Translations under genes and position numbers: made by a program
Shown here: in pieces, positions 21,838 through 31,432 of the stretch
Numbering within the stretch: the stretch's first letter is position 1
Layout of the letters: the number at the start of each line of letters is the position of its first letter
The notes under the pieces: model-generated
Databases searched by the model: none
What the model was told of the DNA's origin: nothing
What the model saw: the letters and a program-made list of their open reading frames with translations, nothing else
Assembly (NCBI GenBank): GCA_963808625.1
Contig: CAWEHK010000033.1
Location: forward strand, 128,001 to 192,000
Origin: an uncultured delta proteobacterium
GTDB lineage: Bacteria; Desulfobacterota; Syntrophobacteria; Syntrophobacterales; Syntrophobacteraceae
DNA length: 64,000 nucleotides
Reading direction: 5' to 3'

Positions 21838-21973
21838 GCCCTGAAGGGGCTCCATAAATTAGCCCAGGGTCAGCAATAGCGCCACCCTGGGGGCTGAGCA
21901 CAACACGAATATCTACCCTGAAGGGGTTACATAAAGCGTACCGACACAACGATATATCCAACCCTTTCAGGGT
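21838..21973. repeat. CCCTGAAGGGG-type palindromic repeat element
   Basis: gccctgaaggggc...agcccagggt...accctggg...accctgaaggggt...aaccctttcagggt. Confidence 0.7.
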
Positions 21974-21995
21974 AAGCGAAAATGGGATTCGGATT

Positions 21996-22808
21996 CTAGC
22001 CCAGATGCAGTAATCGGTTATCCTCGATTATGGTGAACAATTCCGCAGAAGAGAGACGAAGGAGACCAGACAGCGTTCTTGCCAGAGCCATTGCCGCCTT
22101 CCTGGAACGTTTCCAGGAAAGGTAATAGCTCCTGAGGAGTCGAGGGTTTTTGAGCACCGATGCTATAACGCGGGGGATTTTCACGCGACCTCGGGCATCG
22201 CTGATCGCTTCCAGATCGAAATCGATCTCATCAAAAAGACCATCGCTGATGGCGCGAAAACAGAGGAAGGGGATGTGGTTCCGGTGACACCATTGGGCCA
22301 CAAAATAACTCTCCATATCCATGATCGCGGCCGTTCCTTCAAAATCTCGGGCCATTTGCCGTTTGCTTCCAGGCTGCTTTACGGTCACTATCCGGGTCTT
22401 TCGAATCCGGTGTGCATCGCAATAACGCGCTAATCCTTCCGAAATATTTAGACTGATCCCTGGTGTGAGTTGGGAGTGAGGTTGTGGGTCATAGGCGGCA
22501 AAGCTCTCCCCTAAACAAACATCGCCCACGGTCAGGTCCTGGGTAAGGCTTCCGGCAAAACCCGCCACGATCACGAGGTCAGGCCGACTCCACCCAACCA
22601 CCCATTCCAGCGCTTGGAGCATCCGTTCATGCCCCATTCCGGTTTCTATCAGGAACAGTTCTCTTGGCCGTTCTTTGGAAGGGGCATGGCGCACGAAGGT
22701 TTTGAAAGGCCCCTGCGGCACAAGCTTCCAGGGGGCTGTGACCCGCTTGAAAACGGCATATTCCTGGGGCAGCGCAAAAAGGAGGGCCATGCGAAGATGC
22801 GCCGTCAT
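21996..22808 (-). CDS. Nucleoside phosphorylase-family protein (HpnG-like, hopanoid-associated)
   Basis: FALPQE, TGMG, AGFAGSL..L.VGD, DMES, RAISD; adjacent to hpn genes. Confidence 0.75.
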   Translation of the reverse strand: MTAHLRMALLFALPQEYAVFKRVTAPWKLVPQGPFKTFVRHAPSKERPRELFLIETGMGHERMLQALEWVVGWSRPDLVIVAGFAGSLTQDLTVGDVCLGESFAAYDPQPHSQLTPGISLNISEGLARYCDAHRIRKTRIVTVKQPGSKRQMARDFEGTAAIMDMESYFVAQWCHRNHIPFLCFRAISDGLFDEIDFDLEAISDARGRVKIPRVIASVLKNPRLLRSYYLSWKRSRKAAMALARTLSGLLRLSSAELFTIIEDNRLLHLG

Positions 22809-23692
22809 GAGCCCTTTTTCCCGCTGACGATGGGACGAAGCAACTGGGGGAAGTCCGTGAAGATCCCGTTCACCCCCCTGGCGATCAGGGAATGCATCGT
22901 TCTTTCGTCATTTGCGACCCAGACCAGGACCGCGATGCCCCGTTCACGCAGAAGCGGAAGATCCTCTGTGTGGAGAGCAGAAACGCGTGGGTGATAGGAT
23001 GTGGCTTCCTGGTCCAGCGCGAGCCCGACAGGATTGAGAGGGCGGTGCTCGACCAGGACCCCTGTTGGAATGGCGGGATTCAAGGCTTTCACCTGCTTCA
23101 GGTAGCGGTGGTTGAATGATGAGATGAGGATGCGATCGGTCATTTCGAGCCTCGCCACCAGCCCCATGACCTTCGCGACGATCTCGCGGTCGCCGGGGCC
23201 GCCCCGCAGGTCCTTGATTTCAATGTTGACATACCATTCATGAGCCAGGGTAAATTGCAGTGCTTCGTCAAGAGTCGGCGCCCGTTCGCCTCGATAACTC
23301 TGCAAATCCTTCTCGGACACGACCCCGGCGGCAACTTGACCAAAGGGGTCCTCTTTTGCGAACCATGATCCGAAATCCAGGCGCCGGATTTCTTCGAGCG
23401 TGAATTCGCGCACCCGCCACGGCCGGCGCGATGGAAACACGTGTGCCGCATTGGACGTGCGCTTAAGGCTCTCGTCATGAATGACAATCGGCTGGCCGTC
23501 TGCCGTCATCATCACGTCCAATTCCCACAGATCCGCTCCTTCCCTCAGGGCTCTCAGCGCAGCAGACAGGGTATTCTCGGGGGCCAGGGAACGCGCTCCC
23601 CGGTGAGCGATATTTAGCATCCGGCCTTCGGCAATGGTATCGAGTAATGATTTCATGCGCGCATAAAGGGTTGTCGGTCCTGTTCGGCTCAC
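22805..23692 (-). CDS. Glycerophosphodiester phosphodiesterase
   Basis: IAHRGA...APENT, ELDV, IHD..L.RTS, NIEIK, GIFTDFP; 4-nt overlaps with both neighbours. Confidence 0.9.
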   Translation of the reverse strand: MSRTGPTTLYARMKSLLDTIAEGRMLNIAHRGARSLAPENTLSAALRALREGADLWELDVMMTADGQPIVIHDESLKRTSNAAHVFPSRRPWRVREFTLEEIRRLDFGSWFAKEDPFGQVAAGVVSEKDLQSYRGERAPTLDEALQFTLAHEWYVNIEIKDLRGGPGDREIVAKVMGLVARLEMTDRILISSFNHRYLKQVKALNPAIPTGVLVEHRPLNPVGLALDQEATSYHPRVSALHTEDLPLLRERGIAVLVWVANDERTMHSLIARGVNGIFTDFPQLLRPIVSGKKGS

Positions 23693-24196
23693 TCCAGCAA
23701 CTGCCGCATCTGTTCGAAGAGGGCGAGCATGTCCTTTCGGTATTGCTCGGGGAGCACCGGGAGGCGCTTCTCCGAGAGGTACACCATCTCAGCATGCCCT
23801 TCCGCCAGTTTCGTCCCCTCGGCGTCGAGGAGAGAACCTCTTGTGGAGCAACCCTTGGGAGCAAAATCGGTTTCGATTTCACCTACAGCCGTTAAGGGTA
23901 CATTCACCCGAACCGGCCGCAAATAGTGTACTCCAATGCTGCGCGTGACGAAGAAAACGCGGCGAAAGGCAAGAACCGTCCAGCCCATGATTTCATCCAG
24001 GATGGTAGAAATCATGCCGCCATGCGCAAGGTTTTCCCATCCCATGTGGTGTTTGCTCAACGTGACATCCGACCGCACCGTTTTTCCCACGCAATAGAAT
24101 GACATATTAAGCCCCAGGGGATTCTCGCTGCCACAGCCAATACAGCGGTTGCCTTTGAGTTTCGGTAGATACTTCCTTTCGGATCTGAGTCATCAT
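23689..24196 (-). CDS. PaaI-family (hotdog) thioesterase; frameshift near the start
   Basis: In-frame upstream of the called ORF: NRCIGCGSENPLGL; then AHGGMISTILDEIMGW. Confidence 0.85.
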
Positions 24197-24421
24197 AACC
24201 AGGGGTCCCTCCACCTTTCAGGTCAGCTTTTCGATTCTTATAGCTCACCTTGCCGCCGATTGCGATGCTGACATAAATGGTTTATCACGCTTTTCCCAAT
24301 TGATTTGCTCCTCGATGGACAAGAAATGCTCCACGAAAAGCTTGATCAGTAATCTAAATCCTAACAGGATTTCTGAGAATCTCGCCACCCTTTTTAGGGG
24401 TCTCTCTTCTACCCAAATCTT

Positions 24422-24451
24422 GTTTGACATAAAATGCATTATGTAAATAAT
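24422..24451 (+). promoter_or_regulatory. dif-like tyrosine-recombinase core site overlapping a sigma70-type promoter
   Basis: GTTTGACATAA-AATGCA-TTATGTAAATA (11-6-11, inverted ACATAA/TTATGT); contains TTGACA, with AATAAT 16 bp downstream; ~70 bp before the integrase ATG. Confidence 0.7.
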
Positions 24452-24519
24452 CTGGAGGCGGGTTTTGGAGCGCAAAAATGCTCCTAACTGACTGCCTCCA
24501 AACCGGTTAGAAAGAAAAT

Positions 24520-25465
24520 ATGAAAACCAAAAAACAACTGCTGGTGCCGACAGCAGCACCCGGGACGGCGGCGCCGATCCCCGAAGAGTCCGTGTGGCTG
24601 AAAAATTTTGTGTCGCCACGGACCCGGCAAACCTATCTCAATGCGGTGCGCGAGTTCATCGGCTTTCATCAAATCACTGATCCCGCGGAGTTGCGGACAA
24701 TCAACCAGGCGCATGTTATCAGCTGGCGGGATTTTTTGATCGAATCCGGTGCCACCCCCAAAACTATTCACAACCGCATCTCGGCCGTGTCATCGCTCTT
24801 CAAACATTTGTGCGAGCGCCAGGTGGCGAAAAGAAACCCGACCGTGGGAGTCAAGCGCCCGCATGTCGACAGCAGCCAGGTCAAAACTCCGGTCATCACT
24901 CCCGAGCAGGTAAGAAAAATGCTCGACGTCCCTGCTCCGAAAAAACTTCAAGGGCTGCGCGACCAGGCGGTCCTCCACATTCTTTTTTACACGGGATGTC
25001 GGATCAGCGAAGTGTGTTCGCTCAAGGTCAAAGATTTCTACGAAGATGGCGGCTACTTTGTTTTGGATTTTCTGGTGAAGGGTGGAAAAAGAAATCGCCT
25101 GGCCATTCATCCAGGAGCTGCAGCTGGTTCTCAAAAACTATCTGGAGGCCTCCGGGCACCAACACAAACCGGAGGCACCTTTAATTCTCGCGGCCAAGAA
25201 GAAAACCGGCCGCAAGGAGCTCGCTCCCCTCTCCCGCCAGCAGATGCACAACCTCTTTATGCGCTATGCCCAAAAAGCCGGATTGCCCCAGGGCGTCCGG
25301 CCGCACACGGCCCGGGCAACTTTCATCACCCAAGCGCTGGAAAAGAAGTGTCCCATCGAGGCCGTCCAAAGAAGCGTCGGCCACAGCCGGATCTCCACTA
25401 CCCAGATGTATGACAAGCGGATTCTCAAACACCGGGAGAGCGCCAGCTTTGCGGTAGTTTACTAA
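24520..25465 (+). CDS. Tyrosine recombinase/integrase, full-length copy 1; frameshift near 25113
   Basis: N-terminal SAM-like domain; catalytic R (TGCRISE), K (VKGGK), HxxR (PHTARAT), GH...TTQMY. Confidence 0.92.
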
Positions 25466-25512
25466 CCGGTTTAAAGATTGGGAGAAGATACTGGTAGGTG
25501 GATTCATTTTTT

Positions 25513-25743
25513 TCAGTTGAGAATCGCAAAGAGCTGGTTTCCTCGTCTGGCCAGTCCGCAACTTTCGCCGAAGAGCGCGTAGTCCTTGAGCACGTCGCCG
25601 GCTACGGTATGGATGAGCTCGGCCAGGTGAAAGTGAGAAACAGGGGTGTAACTGTCAGTCGCCTCGGGAATCTTGATTAGGTCAAGTTCCTGCCGAGATA
25701 CTAACTTGCTGCCGTTCTTCTCGTCGATTGATAGTCCTTGCAT
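25513..25743 (-). pseudogene. N-terminal fragment of a DUF932-like mobile-element protein
   Basis: SD AGGAGG; IPEATDSYTPVSH...GLAR.GNQLFAIL resembles the DUF932 N-terminus (recognised from memory); only 76 aa. Confidence 0.5.
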
Positions 25744-26090
25744 GGTTTACCTCCTAGATTGAGATATGCTGTTCCTTTTGGGAAAACGTGAACTTTTTCA
25801 ATCGTTCCCCCCACGGAAACAGGAATGGAGGTAACCGTGTTTGTTAAATTCTTCACTTGCTACTGTAAATTAATTCGTTCCGCTAGATACGAATATCGTT
25901 TTACGTCACTAGAAGTAATTTATTAACGACTTGATAAGTGGTTGTTGATTGATAATTGTGCCAAACATCACAAGCTATATGAAACTACAACTGCTACTGG
26001 AATGATTTTTTTGATTGAATATCGAAACTGATTCTGCTACTATGGTCCGAAATGATGAAGGTTATTATTGACGATGGAGAGGAGATGGCC

Positions 26091-26444
26091 ATGGCTTTCA
26101 AGAAATTCACTCAGGTGGGCGCGCGGTCCTTCACGCCCAAGGTGGGAATCTGGGCGAAGGGCCAGGTGGGATTCAACAAGGGAGCGGTCGAAAAATGGAA
26201 ACTCGGCCAGTACAGCTATGTGGTCCTGTACTATGACGACGACGCCAAGCAGATCGGAGTGCAGTTCACTAACGACGAAAATGCGGAAGGAGTAATTAAG
26301 ATTATCAAACGGGCAACTGGAATATCGTTCTCAGCCAACTCATTCCTGAAGCATTTCGAAATTGTCATTCCACAGGATAAGCAACAGTACGATGTGAAGT
26401 TTGACAACGAGGAGAAAATGTGTATAATCGATCTTCCAAAATAG
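26091..26444 (+). CDS. Hypothetical protein (mobile-element type, MAFKKF...GQVGFN...YVVLYYD)
   Basis: SD GAGGAG, natural composition, followed by a hairpin. Confidence 0.75.
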   Translation: MAFKKFTQVGARSFTPKVGIWAKGQVGFNKGAVEKWKLGQYSYVVLYYDDDAKQIGVQFTNDENAEGVIKIIKRATGISFSANSFLKHFEIVIPQDKQQYDVKFDNEEKMCIIDLPK

Positions 26445-26617
26445 GAACGGCCGGGTTGACTGGCGGGTCAACTCAGCCGCTTAACGCCGTGGCGACTCTA
26501 ATTTGCCAGAGTCTCCACCGAAGCCACCCCGGTGAAGGGGTCCTATCGTATGCAAGCAGTAAGATTATAGGCACCGGGTGGGTTCGTCAAGGCCAAAATT
26601 TGGCAGATAGGAAGGAG

Positions 26618-26743
26618 GTGGCCCACCTGGCTGATAACAAGGAAAAGGACGTGATCTTCGTCCGCTACTTCCGACACTACCGAACGGGTAAGATTGTTTA
26701 CCCGAAGAAAGGTGAGTTCATTAAGATCGTAATTAAGAAATAA
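26618..26743 (+). CDS. Small basic peptide (~40 aa, VIFVRYFRHYRTGKIVYPKKG)
   Basis: Strong SD AGGAAGGAGG; start GTG 26618 or CTG 26627; terminator follows. Confidence 0.55.
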   Translation: MAHLADNKEKDVIFVRYFRHYRTGKIVYPKKGEFIKIVIKK

Positions 26744-26792
26744 TCCTCGGCGCAATGGTCCGGACAGCCCCTTCCGGATCGCGCCTCATACT

Positions 26793-26823
26793 CCGCCCAG
26801 GTCCGCCTGGGCGGTTTCATTTT
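26793..26823 (+). terminator. Intrinsic terminator
   Basis: ccgcccagg-tccg-cctgggcgg followed by tttcatttt. Confidence 0.75.
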
Positions 26824-26870
26824 GTTACTAATTTCAAAGAACTTATACTTTCCGCGCAATCTCGGGTCAG

Positions 26871-27114
26871 GCTCGCTCCCCTCTCCCGCCAGCAGATGCA
26901 CAACCTCTTTATGCGCTATGCCAAAAAAGCCGGATTGCCCCAGGGCGTCCGGCCGCACACGGCCCGGCAACTTTCATCACCCAAGCGCTGGAAAAGAAGT
27001 GTCCCATCGAGGCCGTGCAGGGAGCTCCGCCATAGCCGGATCTCCACAACACAGATGTATGATAAGCGAACTTTGAAGCACCGAGAGAGCGCCAGCTTTG
27101 CGGTGGTGTACTGA
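26871..27114 (+). pseudogene. Integrase 3' fragment, copy 2
   Basis: Homologous to 25219-25465; encodes LAPLSRQQMHNLF...ESASFAVVY. Confidence 0.92.
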
Positions 27115-27259
27115 ACAGCTCATCAGGATGATTTGTGGCTGGTTGCAGAAATCTTAGGGGTTTGGTTTACTTGTCTGGAACAGCATTGCCCCCCCATGAA
27201 TAATCTGCTCGAAATCCTTGAAGGCCATCCGAACTCTGTCCACTCTGGAAGGAGGCTAA

Positions 27260-27469
27260 ATGTCACAAGCAAACATCAGAGAAGCACACCGGTGCGCGGT
27301 GCAATTGGACAGCCTTGGTGCGGAGTATTCAGACCGCGAAGTGATGAGGCGCTGTCTTGGCAAGTGGCGGTTTGGCATCAAATTTTGCGCTATCAATTTG
27401 GTGCGCCACATCGAAATCGCGTGGATACAAATGTTATCCATCCTTAGAGGACATATATCATCAGAATAG
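27260..27469 (+). CDS. Hypothetical protein
   Basis: Strong SD GGAAGGAGG; no recognisable motif. Confidence 0.45.
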   Translation: MSQANIREAHRCAVQLDSLGAEYSDREVMRRCLGKWRFGIKFCAINLVRHIEIAWIQMLSILRGHISSE

Positions 27470-27478
27470 GAGCATGTT

Positions 27479-27769
27479 ATGCGCAAAGTCTTAGTGATCG
27501 TTTCTGTCATAGTCGCATGTTGCTGGGGCGTAGCCGAGGGTCAACTCTTGAGCAATGGCTGGGTGGTTGATGTGTCGGAGAAATATCTGACGCTAAACTC
27601 TGGCGGCGAAACCGAGAAGAAGTTCACGATCGACAGAGTTCTTACAGTCGTCCTCAATGCGAGTTGCAAAAAAACGACCTGAAAGACTATCGAGGTTGGA
27701 GGGCTTTACACTGTTCACTCGGTCGGCGGTAACGTCGCGAAAGAAATATGGCCAGGCCCCATAAGATGA
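27479..27769 (+). CDS. Small exported hypothetical protein; probable frameshift near 27680
   Basis: SD AGGAG, signal peptide MRKVLVIVSVIVACCWGVAEG; continues KTIEVGGLYTVHSVGGNVAKEIWPGPIR in another frame. Confidence 0.55.
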
Positions 27770-27959
27770 TTAAAGATTTTAATGCCTGCCCGTGCGGGGG
27801 ATGTCGGTAACGATTTATTGTAACGCGCAGGTGTTACTCGATAAAGGGGCCGATGTCGATGTTCGGGAAAAGGACGGCAATACTGCGCTGAGAGTTGCAA
27901 CCACTAAAAGAGAAACATATCAATAAATATGGTCCGTTAGGCAGAAATGGGGAAACAGG

Positions 27960-28833
27960 ATGATTAGCAAAATACGTTGGCAGCGTAGCTGTAAAGCGAG
28001 ACTGATAGCGTTGTTGGTGGCTGGCATAGCGCTGTGGACGCCCATTGCTATCGCTGGAGTGAATGAGGATTTGTTCGAAGCATCAAAGCGAGGCGATCTG
28101 CCTGAGGTCAAACGACTCATCAATAAGGGGGCCGACGTAAATGCCAAAAACAATCAAGGCTGGACCGCGTTGATGTTGGCTTCCCATAATGGCCACTTTG
28201 AAGTCGTGCAGGTGTTGCTCGATAAAGGGGCCGATGCCAATGCTAGGGAGAATAAAGGCTTTACCATATTGATGGTTGCCTGCCAGAAAGGCCACCTTGA
28301 GGTCGTGCAGACCTTGCTGGCTAAGGGTGCAGAGGTTGATGCAGAGAATGATGTGGGCGGAACCGCGTTGATGGCTGCAGCCTTCGCTGGGCACCCGGAG
28401 GTCGTGCAGGCGTTGCTCGATAAAGGGGCCGATGTCGATGCCAAGAAAAAGGCGGCAATACCGCGTTGATGGCTGCGTCCGTGAATGGCCACTTTGAGGT
28501 CGTGCAGGCGCTGATTAATAAGGGGGCGAAGGTCTATGCTAAGGAGAACAAAGGCTTTACCGCGCTGATGATGGCCGCCCAAAATGGCCACCTTGAGGTC
28601 GTTCGGATTTTGCTCCTTAAAGGTGCCGATGTCAATGCCAAGAACAACAAAGCTACAACCGCGTTGATGTTGGCTTCCCAAAATGGCCACCTTGAGGTCG
28701 TGCAGGCGCTGATTAATAAGGGGGCGAAGGTCGTAATGCTAAAACGAATGACGGCTCAACCGCATTGACGGCTGCGTCCGTGAATGGCCACCCTGAGGTC
28801 GTAAAACTGCTTGTCAAGGCGGGAGCAAAATAG
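27960..28833 (+). CDS. Exported ankyrin-repeat protein; two frameshifts
   Basis: Signal-like N-terminus, then tandem G.TALM.A...GH.EVVQ.LL.KGA.V.A repeats with 99-bp DNA periodicity. Confidence 0.92.
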
Positions 28834-28900
28834 TCACCCACTAGACCGAAACATTTTAGACATTTTGTTTTGTTACTCACCGAACGAGAAAGGTTTAGCA

Positions 28901-29329
28901 ATGAAAAGAATTGTAACTGTCGGTTTGATCGTTTCTATTTTTTGTATAACCTTTTTGTTCTCCGCAGTAGTGGCAGCGGGCCCAAAAGAAAGTGCGAAAG
29001 GTCATGACACTTCGACACTGCCAAAAGCACTAATAGGCCATTGGGCACCAACATCCACCACAACTCATTATTATTTTGATTCGAAATCCTTAATCACGAT
29101 AACTGATGGCAAACGCACGGCCCTAAACTACACAGTCGTGCAATCGAACGAGGCTGAAAACTCGATACATATCCGTGTAAGAACGCAAGAGGATAAAGGT
29201 CATGATAAACAATTAATATTTTCTTCTGACCGTAACTCATTTGATGAGACTATTCGAATCAGGATGGGCGATAAGGTAATGTCGTTTACTTATCAATATA
29301 AATATGTTGATTCAAATACACGCCCATGA
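28901..29329 (+). CDS. Exported hypothetical protein
   Basis: Signal peptide MKRIVTVGLIVSIFCITFLFSAVVAA; LIGHW lipocalin-like start; AT-rich. Confidence 0.7.
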   Translation: MKRIVTVGLIVSIFCITFLFSAVVAAGPKESAKGHDTSTLPKALIGHWAPTSTTTHYYFDSKSLITITDGKRTALNYTVVQSNEAENSIHIRVRTQEDKGHDKQLIFSSDRNSFDETIRIRMGDKVMSFTYQYKYVDSNTRP

Positions 29330-29409
29330 TTTCATCTAACCAATAAGAATAATACTGTCTTTGATATCAAGATAAGGTAAGGCACTATAGCCGTACAGAA
29401 CCTATAATG

Positions 29410-29577
29410 CTAGCGATCGCACGGCGGTTGAGAAGAACATAAGCCTTTATATTTTTCATGTTCTTTATCACAACGGTCAAAATACCAAAATATTATTATC
29501 CAAGCAATAGCACAGAACGGACCCAAGGCAAGAGTTAAACCCAAAAGCGCATAACACCACTTCGTTATAGTGTCCAT
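29410..29577 (-). CDS. Small membrane hypothetical protein
   Basis: One hydrophobic segment after MDTITKW; short and unsupported by homology. Confidence 0.35.
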   Translation of the reverse strand: MDTITKWCYALLGLTLALGPFCAIAWIIIFWYFDRCDKEHEKYKGLCSSQPPCDR

Positions 29578-29944
29578 TCTCTCATTTTCGTATTTACGGC
29601 ATTCTTCACGGCACAGTCGCAAGTGCTTGCCGCTCTCTCCTGTTTCGCATCCAACACTAACACTAGTAAGTGTGACTAAGCCAACGAAGGTCTTAATGAT
29701 GGTTACACATGCCTCCCGCCTAGATAGGATGATGAAGTCGGGTTTGGACAATGGACACTCCCTTTCCCTTCGCATCTGCGATCAATTCGGCCAGTGAAAT
29801 AACCCGCTGATCGAGGGCATGTGCCTTTGAGAACTATACTTATTCCAGTCCAGTTATTGGCTCAGCACTGTTCCAATAAGCAACATATTCCAGAAGGACC
29901 GCCTCGGTGACACGGCCAAGCTATGGAGTTCTCACAGAATCCAT

Positions 29945-30505
29945 TTATTCTTCATTGAAATAAGGGCAGAGTCTTCTCAATTTGTCATTAGTATATGTCG
30001 AACCAGGATATAATTCCATCCTACACGAGACTGTTTTTGTCTCTCCAACTACTTGTTGCCCACCAGTTACTTGTTTTCTATACTCTGATCCTCCTGCCTT
30101 CATGGTTATACGCGTTGTTTGGGGACTGTTCCATATTTGATAAATTACGTGATCTCTGTATATAATAGTATGCTTCCCTGGCGCTAAATAAATATCTTGA
30201 GTTTCATAATCCCACGATTGGTTTAGACGTGGAAAGAAACAATATGTTTTAGGGATGTCAAATGAATCGATTTTTTGGATAATAAAACCGTTAATGATAG
30301 GAATATGTTTAATCAGCACCATGTTACCTTTTGGAATTTCACTTACAGATGAAGGAAGGTAGATAGTCACAGGACCACAAGAAGAACATCCTATTGTAAT
30401 CGTGCACACCAGTACTAGGAGACAATAATGTAGCTTAATGATTAGTTGTATGATAATAATCGTTGTATTATTTCTATCTGATTTTCTCATTTTAGACCCT
30501 TCCAA
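29945..30505 (-). CDS. Putative lipoprotein, paralogue A
   Basis: Lipobox-like TIGC; shares motifs with 31433-32005. Confidence 0.72.
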   Translation of the reverse strand: MEGSKMRKSDRNNTTIIIIQLIIKLHYCLLVLVCTITIGCSSCGPVTIYLPSSVSEIPKGNMVLIKHIPIINGFIIQKIDSFDIPKTYCFFPRLNQSWDYETQDIYLAPGKHTIIYRDHVIYQIWNSPQTTRITMKAGGSEYRKQVTGGQQVVGETKTVSCRMELYPGSTYTNDKLRRLCPYFNEE

Positions 30506-30711
30506 AAAGTAGCACGACCAATATTCTTACAAAATTACAATCTTGATAAGTTATAAGATGATGTCTCATGGTTGCGAAACTTTGTCAAGCCCTAAAGTCA
30601 GCAACGGTCAAGCACGCTAACCGTCTTCATATAGTGAGAAGTTGAAAAATGAGTCAAGTTTATGGAAAAAGGACGAACCTAACCCTTGCCTCGCAAAGAA
30701 CCTTTTTGCAA

Positions 30712-31298
30712 AGGTCAAAACTCCGGTGATCACTCCCGAGCAGGTAAGAAAAATGCTCGACTCCCCTGCTCCGAAAAAACTTCAAGGGCTGCGCGACCAG
30801 GCGGTCCTCCACATTCTTTTTTACACGGGATGTAGGATCAGCGAAGTGTGTTCGCTCAAGGTCAAAGATTTCTACGAAGACGGCGGCTACTTTGTTTTGG
30901 ATTTTCTGGTGAAGGGTGGAAAAAGAAATTGCCTGGCCATTCATCCAGAGCTGCAGCTGGTTCTCAAAAACTATCTGGAGGCCTCCGGGCACCAACACAA
31001 ACCGGAGGCACCTTTAATTCTCGCGGCCAAGAAGAAAACCGGCAGGAAGGCCTTCGCTCCCCTATCGCGCCAGCAGATGCACAACCTCTTTATGCGCTAC
31101 GCCCAAAAAGCGGGACTGCCCCAAGGGGTCCGGCCGCATACCGCCCGGGCCACTTTCATTACCCAGGCCTTGGAAAAAAAGTGCCCCATCGAGGCGGTGC
31201 AAAGAAGCGTCGGCCATAGCCGGATCTCCACAACACAGATGTATGACAAGCGGACACTCAAACACCGCGAATCCGCCAGCTTTGCGGTAGTGTACTAA
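30712..31298 (+). pseudogene. Integrase 5'-truncated copy 3 (catalytic domain uninterrupted)
   Basis: Homologous to 24878-25465; all catalytic motifs present; N-terminal binding domain absent. Confidence 0.92.
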
Positions 31299-31432
31299 GT
31301 GCTCATCAGCATGATTTCCGGGGGTCGGCTCACTTTTCTCTTGACGGCATCTATCCTTCAAACATAAGATTCTTCGAGTTCAATAATTCATGATGACGCT
31401 TCGATATTCATTCATCCTAAAAGGAACTTAAG

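Noticed and set aside
24422..24449. Assertion that this is the replication terminus
   Set aside because: Core genes are mostly on the minus strand on both sides, with no evident orientation switch; cannot be decided without whole-genome skew.
27930..29345. Integron cassette signals (GTTAGGC at 27936 before the ankyrin gene; ATCTAAC after the 29329 stop)
   Set aside because: No complete attC palindrome could be built, and the integrase lacks an evident IntI-specific insertion; isolated 7-mers can occur by chance. An IntegronFinder run would settle it.
30642..30711. Alternative N-terminus making integrase copy 3 a functional 218-aa protein
   Set aside because: TTG start without a clear SD, sequence unrelated to copy 1, and the core-binding domain is missing; treated as a truncation, although expression is not excluded.
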